Of a stretch of DNA of 64,000 nt, positions 1 through 10,600 are shown piece after piece (the stretch's first letter is position 1; every line of letters starts with the position of its first letter). The position numbers and the translations under genes are program-made. The stretch is taken from assembly GCA_934747775.1 (NCBI GenBank), contig CAKVHA010000001.1:131673-195672 (forward strand), written 5' to 3'. A model generated the notes under the pieces. That model saw only the letters and a list, made by a program, of their open reading frames with translations, made no database searches and was not told the origin of the DNA. The stretch comes from an uncultured Clostridia bacterium. Lineage in GTDB: Bacteria; Bacillota; Clostridia; Christensenellales; UBA1242.

Positions 1-1
1 C

Positions 2-754
2 GGCAATATTGACCCAATTAGAGATATTGAAGAAATTAATATGGAATTAATTTTGTCGGACTTGGAGAGCGTTGTTAAAAGATTGGAGCGCGTTTCAAAA
101 GGTGTAAAAGCGGGCGATAAAAGTGCGGTTAAGGAAATGGCACTGCTAGAAAAATTGCGTACACTTTTGGAACAAGAAAAACCAGTAAGAAGCTACAATG
201 CAACCGAAGAAGAACGCGAAATGATAAAGGGCTTTTTCCTAATAACCAGCAAGCCAGTAATATATTGCGCCAATGTTAGTGAGCAGCAAATTAAAAACAA
301 AGACGCCGACGAAAACATTGCAAAAGTGCGAAACTACGCTGTTTTGGATAATGCTGAAAGCATTGTGATATGCGCAAAAATAGAAGAAGAGTTATCAAAA
401 CTTAACGATGAAGAACTAGAAATGTTTAAAGAAGAACTTGGTCTAGAAGAGTTTGGGCTTGGTCAACTTATTGTTGCTAGTTATAGGCTTTTGGGGCTAA
501 TTAGCTACCTTACAGCAGGCGAGCCAGAAGTTAGGGCGTGGACAATTAAACGCGGCACAAAAGCTCCACAAGCAGCAGGTAAAATTCACACCGATTTTGA
601 AAAAGGTTTTATTAAAGCCGAAGTTGTGTCGTACTCCGACCTTATGGAAGCAGGCAGTATGACCGCCGCTAAAGAAAAAGGAAAAGTCCGCATTGAAGGC
701 AAAGATTATGTTGTGCAAGACGGCGACGTAATGCTATTTAGATTTAATGTGTAG
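2..754 (+). CDS. ychF: Ribosome-binding ATPase YchF (Obg-like ATPase), C-terminal ~250 aa; 5' end lies outside the window
   Basis: The frame is open from nt 2 (GNIDPIRDIEEINMELILSDLE...). The C-terminal tail ...AGKIHTDFEKGFIKAEVV...GKDYVVQDGDVMLFRFNV is the conserved YchF ending. Confidence 0.9.
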   Translation, partial: GNIDPIRDIEEINMELILSDLESVVKRLERVSKGVKAGDKSAVKEMALLEKLRTLLEQEKPVRSYNATEEEREMIKGFFLITSKPVIYCANVSEQQIKNKDADENIAKVRNYAVLDNAESIVICAKIEEELSKLNDEELEMFKEELGLEEFGLGQLIVASYRLLGLISYLTAGEPEVRAWTIKRGTKAPQAAGKIHTDFEKGFIKAEVVSYSDLMEAGSMTAAKEKGKVRIEGKDYVVQDGDVMLFRFNV

Positions 755-763
755 GTGAAAAAT

Positions 764-1225
764 ATGAAAAAAGATAAACTTAAAAAATCCGAATTAGAAG
801 AAAACACTAAAAACGAAAACGAAACTAAAAAAGAACTTGAAAAACATAACCACAAAAACGATTGCGACCACTGCAACGAAGAGTGTGGTTCGCATTGCGA
901 CGAAAATTGCGAGTGCGAAAGCGAACACGGCGAGCAAATTTACAACACCGAAAACGAGCTTAACTTAAAAGTTACTGGAATAAACGACCAAGAGCTTATA
1001 AACGAAGATTGCTGCACTTGTGTAAATATAATTATGCAAAACGACGGCAGAATTCAAACCAGCTTTTTGGGCGCACATAACCCAGAAATTTTAAACCACC
1101 TAGAAAAAGCTTTAAAAACCTACTTTAAAAGTTTAAAGAAAACGCTTAAAGCCCGCTACTTTGAATGTTCCGACGATTGCAATTGCGAAGATTGCGATAA
1201 AAAAGAAAACAAAAAGGAAGAATAA
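764..1225 (+). CDS. Cys/His/acidic-rich hypothetical protein (three Cys clusters)
   Basis: An AGGTGA RBS overlaps the ychF stop 5 nt before ATG 764; the ORF track starts at GTG 755. There are 13 Cys, clustered as CDHCNEECGSHCDENCECESEH, DCCTC and ECSDDCNCEDCD. No family recognised. Confidence 0.6.
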   Translation: MKKDKLKKSELEENTKNENETKKELEKHNHKNDCDHCNEECGSHCDENCECESEHGEQIYNTENELNLKVTGINDQELINEDCCTCVNIIMQNDGRIQTSFLGAHNPEILNHLEKALKTYFKSLKKTLKARYFECSDDCNCEDCDKKENKKEE

Positions 1226-1338
1226 AAAATAATAACACACATTAAAAGCCTACAAAATAGGTTGTAATTTATGTGTGCTATTTTTTTGAATATAATGTTA
1301 TATGTGTTATAATAAAATCATTATAAGAAGGAAGAAAA

Positions 1339-2403
1339 ATGAAGATAAATTTAAGTGAATTAATAACATACAAAACTTGTTATTGCTTTTTAAAGGATAC
1401 AAGCGGATTGGATACATATCACTTTAGAAAAAAAGATTATTTTGATAAGTCCTTGTCGCAAATGGAAGGCGATAAAATTATAGATGCATTGCGCAGCTGC
1501 GGTACGGAAGACGACGACGGCATAACCGAAATTGTAACACCTTATGGCAGTGTAATGTTTCATATAATTAGCGATTACAATAAAATCGAAAAGTTTTTGT
1601 GTGATAATAGCCGCAATGCACCAGCAGCATTTTTTATGAACCACCGCGCATCGTCGTGCTATGGGTTTATTGAAGCCGAAAATGGAAACATAAGGCGTTT
1701 TGCCACCACCGAAGACGGCGACGAGATACTAACTGGCGAACAAACGGAGTACGAAAAACGCGCTAAAGTTAGGTTTAAGGAAGATAAAATGTACTTAGTC
1801 GAAGAAGACGACATTGTGAAAATAGCGAAACAGTTTTGCGGCTTTGATGTGGAAAACGATAGCGTTGAAGTGTTGGCGATAAATCGCTACGAGTATGAAA
1901 AATATCCAACCGAAATCACCGCCGATGTCGTTCCGCTAATTAAAGAAAACTTACAGCAAAACAACTTGCATTTTGCAGCAATTTACTACACACTTCACCC
2001 ATCAAAAAAATTTGGCTACATTTTTTCAATGGGTGAAACCACAAGCGGAAAACCAGTTGGACTTTATGCAAAAAAACTGGAAGGCTGTGTTACACCTAGC
2101 GTGCTAAACCAAGAAATAAGCCGCGTTTTAAACGTTTTTGCTTACGAAAAATTGGAATATAATAATTGTGATGCGGATGCTTTTGAAGGTGCTGCTAATT
2201 TGTTTAACCACACCAAAGGCAGCACAAAAACCGCAATTGCTTTTTACACAAATTCGCCTGAGTTTAGGGCTGTGTTGTCGTGGGAAGAAAAACGAAACTT
2301 TTTGCTGTTTAAAACCACAAAAACCCACACTAAAGACTATTACTCATTAACCCAATCCGAAGTAAAAAATCTAACCGACTTTATGTGTTCTAATTGCAGT
2401 TAA
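1339..2403 (+). CDS. Hypothetical protein (354 aa)
   Basis: Long ORF with a purine-rich RBS (AGAAGGAAG) upstream. It is followed by a bidirectional terminator. No recognisable motifs. Confidence 0.65.
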   Translation: MKINLSELITYKTCYCFLKDTSGLDTYHFRKKDYFDKSLSQMEGDKIIDALRSCGTEDDDGITEIVTPYGSVMFHIISDYNKIEKFLCDNSRNAPAAFFMNHRASSCYGFIEAENGNIRRFATTEDGDEILTGEQTEYEKRAKVRFKEDKMYLVEEDDIVKIAKQFCGFDVENDSVEVLAINRYEYEKYPTEITADVVPLIKENLQQNNLHFAAIYYTLHPSKKFGYIFSMGETTSGKPVGLYAKKLEGCVTPSVLNQEISRVLNVFAYEKLEYNNCDADAFEGAANLFNHTKGSTKTAIAFYTNSPEFRAVLSWEEKRNFLLFKTTKTHTKDYYSLTQSEVKNLTDFMCSNCS

Positions 2404-2475
2404 TTTTAAATTTATTAGCAATATCATTTGCATAGCAAAATATTATTTCCGTTAAAAATACCATTACAAACAAAA

Positions 2476-2510
2476 AAAAGAAAAGCCGTGGTGACTTTTC
2501 TTTTTTTTAC
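2476..2510. terminator. Bidirectional intrinsic terminator (A-run / hairpin / T-run)
   Basis: aaaaaaaagaaaag-ccgtggtga-cttttctttttttt. It sits between the convergent 1339..2403 CDS and tRNA-Gln. Confidence 0.7.
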
Positions 2511-2511
2511 T

Positions 2512-2586
2512 TGGCTGGGGTGGTAGGATTCGAACCCACGAATGTTTGAGTCAGAGTCAAATGCCTTACCGCTTGGCGACACCCCA
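2512..2586 (-). tRNA. tRNA-Gln (anticodon CUG)
   Basis: The reverse complement folds as a cloverleaf: TGGGGTG / TC / GCC-AAGCGGTAA-GGC / A / TTTGA-CT[CTG]AC-TCAAA / CATTC / GTGGG-TTCGAAT-CCTAC / CACCCCA-G-CCA. Confidence 0.9.
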
Positions 2587-2747
2587 ATAAAAAAATAAAA
2601 AACATTAAAACTAGCTTGTAATTTAAGTTTTAATAGTGATATTGTACTATTAATTTTAAAAAAAATCAATAAGATAACGCATTTTATTTTGAGAAATAAC
2701 TAATGCGTGTTATACTTTGTGTATCGTTGCAAAGGGGACGGATATAT

Positions 2748-3953
2748 ATGGATTTATTTAAAAAATGTTATGACTTTACAAGGGTAGACGAGTTAAAACA
2801 ACACGATCTTTACCCATATTTTCACGCTGCACAAAGCGGACAAGACACCGAAATGATTATGGAAGGGCACAAAACCATAATGATTGGCAGCAACAACTAT
2901 TTAGGATTTACCAGCGACCCACGCGTTATTGAGGCGGGTGTGGAGGCACTTAAAAAATACGGCAGTGGCAATAGCGGCTCACGTTTTTTAAATGGCACAC
3001 TAGACAGCCATATCGCGCTAGAAAAGGAACTTGCAGAGTTTTTGCATAAAGAAGCGTGCATCACAATGAGCACAGGATTTCAAACAAACCTTGGCATAAT
3101 TAGTGCAATCGCTGGCAGAAACGACGTTATTTTGTGTGACAAAGAAAATCACGCCAGTATTTACGACGCGTGTCGACTAAGTTATGCAAAAATGATGCGT
3201 TATGAACACAATGATATGGCAGATTTGGAAGAGAAATTGAAACAAATCCCAGACGATAAAGGTATTTTGGTTGTTACCGATAGCGTGTTTAGTATGACTG
3301 GCGAAATTTGCAATTTACCAAAACTTGTAGAACTAAAACACAAATATGGTTTTAGATTAATGTTGGACGAAGCTCACGGCGTTGGCGTGCTAGGAAAGTG
3401 CGGTAGAGGCGCTGGCGAGCACTTTGGACTAGAAGACGAAGTAGATATTATTATGGGCACATTCTCAAAATCGTTTGCCAGCCTAGGCGGATTTATGGCG
3501 GGTGACAAAAAGGTTGTGGAGTTTGTTCAACACGCAAGTCGTCCGTTTATATTTAGCGCATCTATTACACCAGCAAGCGTTGCGTGTGCCAGAAAAGCGC
3601 TAGAGCTATTAAAAGCCGAACCAGAAAGAGTGGAGCATCTTAAAGAAATTAGTGCTTATATGCGAAAACTTCTTAAAGGCTATGGTATTGCAATTATTGA
3701 CGCCGAAACACCAATTATTCCTATTTATACCTACAACGACGAGCGTACATTTAAAGCGTGTATGATGCTTATGGAACGCGGCGTTTATGTAAACCCAGTT
3801 GTTAGCCCTGCTACTCCTGTTGGGCAAAGTTTGCTTCGCACGAGCTACACCGCAACCCACACTAAAGAACAAATGGAGTATTGCGCAAAACAAATTAAAG
3901 AAGTGCTAGACGCTCTTCCTATGGAAATGTTTGAAACTAAAGACGCAGAATAA
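2748..3953 (+). CDS. PLP-dependent alpha-oxoamine synthase, serine palmitoyltransferase-like
   Basis: A GGGGA RBS precedes ATG 2748; the ORF-track start at 2703 lacks an RBS. Motifs: GSNNYLGF, KYGSGNSGSRFLNGT, STGFQTNLGIIS, HASIYD, DEAH, the PLP-lysine motif GTFSKSFASLGGF, and RPFIFSAS. As I remember the sequences, these match bacterial SPT more closely than Kbl or BioF. Confidence 0.75.
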   Translation: MDLFKKCYDFTRVDELKQHDLYPYFHAAQSGQDTEMIMEGHKTIMIGSNNYLGFTSDPRVIEAGVEALKKYGSGNSGSRFLNGTLDSHIALEKELAEFLHKEACITMSTGFQTNLGIISAIAGRNDVILCDKENHASIYDACRLSYAKMMRYEHNDMADLEEKLKQIPDDKGILVVTDSVFSMTGEICNLPKLVELKHKYGFRLMLDEAHGVGVLGKCGRGAGEHFGLEDEVDIIMGTFSKSFASLGGFMAGDKKVVEFVQHASRPFIFSASITPASVACARKALELLKAEPERVEHLKEISAYMRKLLKGYGIAIIDAETPIIPIYTYNDERTFKACMMLMERGVYVNPVVSPATPVGQSLLRTSYTATHTKEQMEYCAKQIKEVLDALPMEMFETKDAE

Positions 3954-4115
3954 ATTTTGCACATTGCTTAAATTAGATTGCGGAATAATTTTAAATTATT
4001 AACAACATTAAAAAGTTAAATTAATTGACCGCAATAAATAAAAATGGCGCATTAATTGTGTCATTTTTCTTTACCATTTTGATAAATTACGATATACTAA
4101 TTTTAGAGGTGACTT

Positions 4116-4505
4116 ATGTATTACAAAGTAAATGCAATTGTGTTAATTTTAAGCGGAAAATGCTGCGGATTTGGCTTTTTTAGTATGGATATTCCAAAAA
4201 ATATAAAGCTAAATGAGTCCGCAAAAAAACTTATAAATCACGACACAGTTACGTTAGAAGTAAAACGCGTTGAAACTGTGCAAAAAGAAAAAGTTGTGCG
4301 TATTTTTTGCTCAATAAGAGAAATTAAAAATTGCGAAATGGAAATAGATTACGCTGTATCCGACGACGATTATTTTGCGATTGAAAACGCTTTCCCTACT
4401 AGCGACTCTCTTGCCGATGCACCAGATGCAAACGCAGCCGTTTTGGCAGTTAAAAAGATTGTTGATTCATACGATCCATTCCTTCAACTAGGTGATATGG
4501 AGTGA
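4116..4505 (+). CDS. Hypothetical protein (129 aa)
   Basis: An AGAGGTGA RBS lies 4 nt before the ATG. A terminator hairpin follows at about 4538-4573. Confidence 0.55.
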   Translation: MYYKVNAIVLILSGKCCGFGFFSMDIPKNIKLNESAKKLINHDTVTLEVKRVETVQKEKVVRIFCSIREIKNCEMEIDYAVSDDDYFAIENAFPTSDSLADAPDANAAVLAVKKIVDSYDPFLQLGDME

Positions 4506-4618
4506 AAAAATAAGGTTTAAAACAAAAATAAAAAAGTGAAAACATTTAGTTTTCACTTTTTTTGTTGTTATTAATTAAAACATATTTAGAGTTTTAAAAA
4601 TTGGCTAAATGTAGCGGT

Positions 4619-5848
4619 CTAACACGGATTTGTGTTAGGTTTAAACAATGCAAAAAGGTCGGCAACATTGCGTTTTTTGTATTCGTCTAATAGTCCCATT
4701 GGGCAGGTTGCAAACTTTTTAGCAATTAGTAATTCTGTTACTATTGCGCCCATAACATAGCTTTCAAATTTCCCTGGATATTGGGTTATTAAAATTAAGT
4801 AGTTTAGAGCTTCTTCTTGTGTAAAATGCGCAAGTAAGTACACATAAAGTCGTGATAAATTGTCTTGCCAATTTCCGTCTAGCAAGTAGCCTGCCATTTT
4901 GGAATACAAAACCTTAGAATATTTTGAGTAGGCGGTGTTGTAAATATGCCAAGCAGCAAATGTGCTCCAGCCGTGAATAATGTACTCTGCTCCGCAATCA
5001 AAGTTGTAACTGCGTTTGTACAAAACTTGGTTTAAAAAGTGACCGCGTCCTGGGTAGATATTTCCGTAAATTGAAAGCTTTAAATCTTCTAAATTTAGGC
5101 TTTTTCCGTTGGTTTGAATAAGATACGCTTCGGTGCTGCCTGGGTACAAATATTTAGATATAAATTTACCTTTTCCAGCGTCGGAATTTTGCTCTAGTCT
5201 AATTGTATCTAAGTCGTACTCGCCCCAAATACCTTGCGATAGAATATCGTTTGAAAGTTGTTTTATTACAGTTTTTGTTTCGGCTTTATAGTCAATGGGA
5301 CTAAGGTCTATTTTTGGTTTAACACAGTGGCGTGCCATATAGTTAAATATCTTTTTTCGCATTGGTGAGTAATAACAACCAAATATTTTTCTGTACACCT
5401 TAATCATTGGATTTTTGCTGCATTTTTTGTTGCACGCAAAAATAAGTAGTTCTTTTAAAAACTCCGCGTGTTTTGCGTAGTTTGAATTGATAAGTTCTAA
5501 ATAATGTTGTTTTAATTGACCAGGAATATACAAAATATTTATTTTGCGTTTTAATACAGCGCTTTTAAATTCTGCAATCTCTTCGTCGGTTTTTAATAGG
5601 CTAAACGACTTTAAAACCTGCTCAAATGAAAAGTTTTTGCGATACCACTCAATTTGAAAATCAAAAATTTCACGCTCTTTTGGAGTGTATAAAAAAGAGT
5701 GGTGTTTTACTTCTTTGTACGCAATGTTATCAAAACAAATATTGTATTTCCAATTTTTCCCTAAAAATATTTCCATAACTACATTATATACAATTTTAAC
5801 GACTTTGTGAAATAAAAAATTGAAATTTTTACATTTGCACACACTCAT
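4619..5848 (-). CDS. Hypothetical protein, distant DUF885-like; start uncertain (5848 or 5776)
   Basis: Long ORF. The C-terminal motifs HGWSTFAAWHIY and YPGKFESYVMG resemble the EGWA.Y / PGQA.sY.G motifs of DUF885. The HE..PGHH site is replaced by YPGRGHF. Confidence 0.5.
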   Translation of the reverse strand: MSVCKCKNFNFLFHKVVKIVYNVVMEIFLGKNWKYNICFDNIAYKEVKHHSFLYTPKEREIFDFQIEWYRKNFSFEQVLKSFSLLKTDEEIAEFKSAVLKRKINILYIPGQLKQHYLELINSNYAKHAEFLKELLIFACNKKCSKNPMIKVYRKIFGCYYSPMRKKIFNYMARHCVKPKIDLSPIDYKAETKTVIKQLSNDILSQGIWGEYDLDTIRLEQNSDAGKGKFISKYLYPGSTEAYLIQTNGKSLNLEDLKLSIYGNIYPGRGHFLNQVLYKRSYNFDCGAEYIIHGWSTFAAWHIYNTAYSKYSKVLYSKMAGYLLDGNWQDNLSRLYVYLLAHFTQEEALNYLILITQYPGKFESYVMGAIVTELLIAKKFATCPMGLLDEYKKRNVADLFALFKPNTNPC

Positions 5849-6025
5849 TACAAGTTTTGACCAATTTTTACATTTTTATACATAATATTGCACACAACGA
5901 CACATTTTTGTTGCAAATTTGTTGCAAAAGGGACAGTTCTATTTATTTTTACTTGACAATATATTATTTATATACTAACATTATAATGCAAAAATAGCAG
6001 CAAACATAAAAAAGAAGAAGTAAAA

Positions 6026-6784
6026 ATGGCAAGAAAGAAAAGGAAAACAAGTGAAATAGGCGTTTACACAGTTGTGTTGCGCACCAAAAATTTGTGTTTT
6101 AAAAATGACGATGCAAAACACTTGTTTTTTGCTGCTCTAAAAAACAGCTTGAAAAAAGACGGCGCAGTGTTGTACGCCTATGCGGTTGGAAATAAAGACG
6201 CGTACTTAATTGTTAAAGAAGGTGAAAACGGGCTGGCGTCGTTTGTAAAACGCTTGTGTTTAAGTTTTGTTTATAAATACAAAAAGTTTGTAAAAACCGT
6301 TAACAGCGTGTTTTATGATAGATATTTAAGCGAACCAATTGATAACAACGAGCAATTGGTTGATGCGGTTGTTAGGGTAAACAACCTAAATAAAAAGACC
6401 GACGCAAACGGAAACAAATTAAATTTTGAAACTAGCGGTGTAAATTATTTTGAAAATAGGCTTGTTAATGTAAACGAAATGTTAAAAATTGTGGATAAAT
6501 CAAAACTTGAAACAATGTTAAATTCAGAATTACAAGAAAAGCAAAAGTTTGTAGTGGTTGAAAAACTTAGTGACCGTGAAGTTGCCGATTATATTTTTTA
6601 CACCTATGGCATTAAGGCTAGCGAGATTAGCAAAATTAGCAAACCGCTTTTAAACGACATTCTTGTTAATGTTGGCAAAATAACAAAAGCCAGTGCGCGT
6701 CAAATAGGGCGCATAACCAAAATATCGCTAAGATATTTGTGGAATTTATTTAAAAAGAAAGAGGAAGTAAAAGAAGTTAAATGA
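6026..6784 (+). CDS. Y1-transposase (IS200/RayT)-like fold protein lacking the HUH motif, with a C-terminal HTH; probable regulator
   Basis: The N-terminus (GVYTVVLRTKN...LYAYAVGNKDAYLIV) has the layout of the IS200-like domain, but H-U-H is replaced by AYAV. The C-terminus (ASARQIGRITKISLRYLWN) looks like a DnaA-C / sigma-region-4-type HTH. The stop overlaps the next start (ATGA). Confidence 0.4.
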   Translation: MARKKRKTSEIGVYTVVLRTKNLCFKNDDAKHLFFAALKNSLKKDGAVLYAYAVGNKDAYLIVKEGENGLASFVKRLCLSFVYKYKKFVKTVNSVFYDRYLSEPIDNNEQLVDAVVRVNNLNKKTDANGNKLNFETSGVNYFENRLVNVNEMLKIVDKSKLETMLNSELQEKQKFVVVEKLSDREVADYIFYTYGIKASEISKISKPLLNDILVNVGKITKASARQIGRITKISLRYLWNLFKKKEEVKEVK

Positions 6785-7650
6785 AAAACTTGGGTAAAAG
6801 GTTTTGGATTAACTTAATAGTAATAGTGGTTGTTGGCGTGTTTTCGGGCTACTTTGTTGGAAACTTTTATGTAGCCAAATATATGGGCGGAGTAAAGGCC
6901 GACTTACTTCCAACCGAAGAAAACTTGCGTGACAACGTTACAGACACTATAAGAAAAACAAAAAACAAACAAGTTTCGCAAATTGGCGGAACAGATTGTA
7001 TGGTTATTGCCGAATATAAGTTGTCACAAAAAGATTATGTTAAACGTAGCACTAATGGTAGCGTTAAAGCCGCTGGCGTAACGCAAAAACTTGTTTCTAC
7101 TAAGGCGCTTGTTAATGGTGAGTATTATAGCGAAGAGCTTAGTGACGGTGTTGTTAAGCTTGCTACAAAATACTATTATACTAAAGACGCCGCAAGTGTT
7201 AGCGTGTACAAGGGCAAAATTGGTGCAGGTCTAAAAGGCGATTACACTAGTGCCGAACACTACGACCAAAGCATAGACGACTTTAATGCTGCAAACGGAG
7301 TTAAGCCAACATATTTTATAAACTACATTATTAGCAGCAATACGGTTGTTGAAGAAAAATATAACGGAATTAATAAAGAAACTGGACACCACTCGTTTAC
7401 ACTTATTCTAAACCCTAGCTACGCGGCAAAAAATTATATGTACAAAGTTAAACAAACATCGGGCAGTAGCGAGTATCCCGAGTTTACAGATATAACAGTT
7501 ACTTTTGAAATAGACGACGATTTTACGCTTTACAAAATGACTTGTAAAGAAACATATAGGGTTGCTATTGCAGTTCTTGGAAAAGTAGTAACCACAGGTG
7601 ACATTGTAGACGAGTTTAGTTACGACAACACCTTTGTAATTCCAAGATAA
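6781..7650 (+). CDS. N-terminally membrane-anchored hypothetical protein (289 aa)
   Basis: The start overlaps the upstream stop (ATGA at 6781-6784). TM helix FWINLIVIVVVGVFSGYFVG. The gene is 10 nt upstream of the giant gene. Confidence 0.7.
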   Translation: MKNLGKRFWINLIVIVVVGVFSGYFVGNFYVAKYMGGVKADLLPTEENLRDNVTDTIRKTKNKQVSQIGGTDCMVIAEYKLSQKDYVKRSTNGSVKAAGVTQKLVSTKALVNGEYYSEELSDGVVKLATKYYYTKDAASVSVYKGKIGAGLKGDYTSAEHYDQSIDDFNAANGVKPTYFINYIISSNTVVEEKYNGINKETGHHSFTLILNPSYAAKNYMYKVKQTSGSSEYPEFTDITVTFEIDDDFTLYKMTCKETYRVAIAVLGKVVTTGDIVDEFSYDNTFVIPR

Positions 7651-7660
7651 TGAGGAAAAA

Positions 7661-10600
7661 ATGAAAGAAAAGAAACCAAAAATTAAGAAAAAGGGTCGCT
7701 GGAAAAGGCTGCTTACATATGTTGCTACATATTTAGTGGTAACTTTTTCTGTTGCGTTTGTGGTTGTGTCGTTTTCCAACAAAACCTATTCGTCAAATAT
7801 TGGAACGATAGAGCCTAAAGACCCTAGTGCCTTAGGAATGGTTGTTACAAAACTTATGGAAATGGAAGACGCTAGTGTTAGCTTAAACGCCAGTGCCGAA
7901 AACGAAACCACTAAGCTTAATGTGGACGCTAATGTAAAACTAAAACTTTATGAGGGCTTTACTGGTGCCGAAGTTGATGTGGCGGCTACGCTTACCCTAA
8001 ACGAAATGCCAATTAATTTACAACTTGTGTACGACGGCAAAACCGCTTACGCTAGCATTAACGAAAAAAATTATAGTATGAAATCAAATTGTTTAATGGC
8101 TGCCGTTGCTAGCGTGCTTAATTTGTGTGGGGTAGACATTGACCTTAGCGCAAACATTATGGATAGTTTTGATATGAGTGCTATGGATTCTATGGCTGAC
8201 AAACTTAGCGAAGAAAAACGCGAAGACGGAACATACTTGCTTACATTTGCTCCAAACGACAATATTGCACTAAATATTGATGTGGATAAAGATTACAACA
8301 TAACAAACGTTACACTTCAAAAAACTACACTTGCTGGCTTTGATATGAACGCGCTAATTAAGTTTAATAGCGTAAACTCTGGGCTTAATATTGCCGCTCC
8401 AAACAAAGAATTTGTGGACGTTAGCGAAATTATAGAAATTGCAAAAGTAGTGTACAACACAGTTATAAACAAAAAGTTTGATATAGCGCTAAATGTTGAA
8501 GACACGCTTATTAATATTAAGTTAGACCGCACAGCTAATTTAAATGCAAGTGTTAGCGTAAACGCATTAGACAACGACTTTTCACTTACATATTTAAATA
8601 ATGTTGTGTACCTAGATACAAACATTTTAAAAATAAAATCAGAAGTTCCAAAATTTGATTTGAACCTTGTAAAATCACTTGTTCCATTTGCTGGTGTAAA
8701 TTCTAGCGACTCTAATGTGGGTGAAATTGTAAACACTGTACTAAATGTTCTAAACAAAATTGACCTTACAAAAATGGCAAAAACCGAACTTGGTTACACC
8801 ATTAATGTAAATGATGTTGTTGTAGACCTAATTGTGACAGACAACAAAATTAGCCAAATTGACCTAACCATAAATGGCAAAACATATGGTGTGATTTTGG
8901 GATATGATGCCGATATTAAGGTGGCAGAAGATGAGTTTACATATGTAAACAATTTTGAATTCTTGATAGAACCATTAAAGAGAATTGTAAACGAAAAACA
9001 TTTTTCTACAACAGTGGAATTTAGTGTAAACGATGTAAATATATCTGGCACACTAAATGTTGATTTTGAAAACGCATTGTTGGTTGAATTTAAAACAAGC
9101 TTGTACGGCGTTGATGTTGTGCTAACAATCACCGAAAACGGCGTGTATGCGAAACTAGACGATGTTAAGATAAAACTAAGTTACGACAACTTAAAAGACA
9201 TTTACAACGCTTTAAATGAAAACACAAATAGCGACCTAACTGAAACAATAAAAACAATACTTAAAAATACAATTAAGTTTTATAAGCCAAACGATAGCGA
9301 AATTAACGCAACATATGACGAATTTAACTTAGATGTTAAAGTAAACGACGGGCAGTTTGAAAATTTAACAATTAAAAACAACAAGTTTACCGCAGCGCTA
9401 AAGTTTAGCACCCAAGCGGTTAGCATTAATACAAACTTTAATGACTACGAAGAACTTAACATTAACGGAAACACTGTAAAAGAAATTATAAACTTTGTTG
9501 AAGCTAAAAAGTTTGCAGTTGCTGGCGAAATTAAACTTAACGACAACATTATTAATTACGACATTAATGCCGACCTAAATGGCGGAATAGAAAATGCAGT
9601 AGTTAATGCAAGCGCTACAGTATTTAATAAATCAATATTAGTTAATGTTCAAAACGCAAAACTATATGTGAGTGTGGACGACATTAAAGTGGTGGCAGCC
9701 CTAAATAATTTGGACGAAATTAAAAACTTGCTATCTAGCGTTGTTGGCTTAAGCAGTTTTGAAAAAATTCCTACTATTAGCGACATTAATATATATAAAG
9801 TGGATAATTCGTTAAATATTGGCGCAGTTGTTAATGGCACTAGCGTTATGGCAAAAGTTGATTTTGCGGATAAGTCACTTAGTGTAAATTATGGTGAAAC
9901 AAACTTTAACCTAAACCTAGTAAAATCCTACAAAACAAACAAACTTTCTAGCGAGCAGGTGGGCGAGTACAAAGCCACTGCTAACGACTTAGCACAAGTT
10001 GTTTCGGCAGCAATCAATACTGCAAAACAAAACGCAATTAATGCCGATGTTGCAATTGACATTAACGGCAAAACATACAATGTTAATGTGCTATATGTAA
10101 AAGGCGAAGGTGTTAAGTTTAGCACCACATATAGCGATGTGGATATTTGGGGATATGTAGCAAACAATACACTTTACATTAACGCATTTGATATTTGTTT
10201 TAGCATAGACCTAAGTGATGTAAATGGCTACATTGATGAAATCCAAAAACTATTCAATCTAACATTACCAAGCGTGGACGCAACAAACATTGCGGAAATT
10301 ATACAATCACTAAATTTGGGTGAGATAAAAACCGAAGAAAACTTACTAAAACTAATTGGAACCGATTACAATGGAGAAATTTCGATTATTTCCAACAAAA
10401 TCGGAAAAATTAGGGCAAATTACAAAAATTACGGAATTAATGCAACATTAAGTTATCCAAACACTCATTTGGAAATAACAAACAATCGCGTTATAAAACT
10501 TGAAAATCTAGTTGAAGTTGGAAACGCATTATATAACACATTTAAAAACAAAACAATTTCTGGAAACATTAACCTAACATTTGATTTATTTAACGAAACC

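Noticed and set aside
2424-2669. 81-aa ORF overlapping tRNA-Gln, and 66-aa ORF (34970-35170) overlapping tRNA-Ser
   Set aside because: Each coincides with a well-folded tRNA gene and its terminator or promoter. They are not coding.
2673-2713. Inverted repeat (gataacgcatt ... aatgcgtGttat) overlapping the -10 of the SPT-like gene as a repressor operator
   Set aside because: Only 7 bp pair perfectly, and one arm has a bulge. Such imperfect repeats are frequent in AT-rich intergenic DNA, so the support is insufficient.
6026-6784. IS200/IS605-type mobile element
   Set aside because: The Y1-transposase-like protein lacks the HUH motif and an obvious catalytic Tyr context. There are no flanking hairpin ends or a TnpB partner, and the gene is translationally coupled to the downstream operon. 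I treat it as a domesticated protein, not a mobile element.
8317-8757. Numerous 60-150-aa minus-strand ORFs inside the two giant genes (e.g. 8317-8757, 8794-9132, 51997-52299) and inside other CDSs (e.g. 36452-36835, 17153-17485, 61926-62327)
   Set aside because: All are antisense to long, well-supported ORFs. They lack RBSs and have Ser/Leu/Phe-rich low-complexity translations. They are shadow ORFs.
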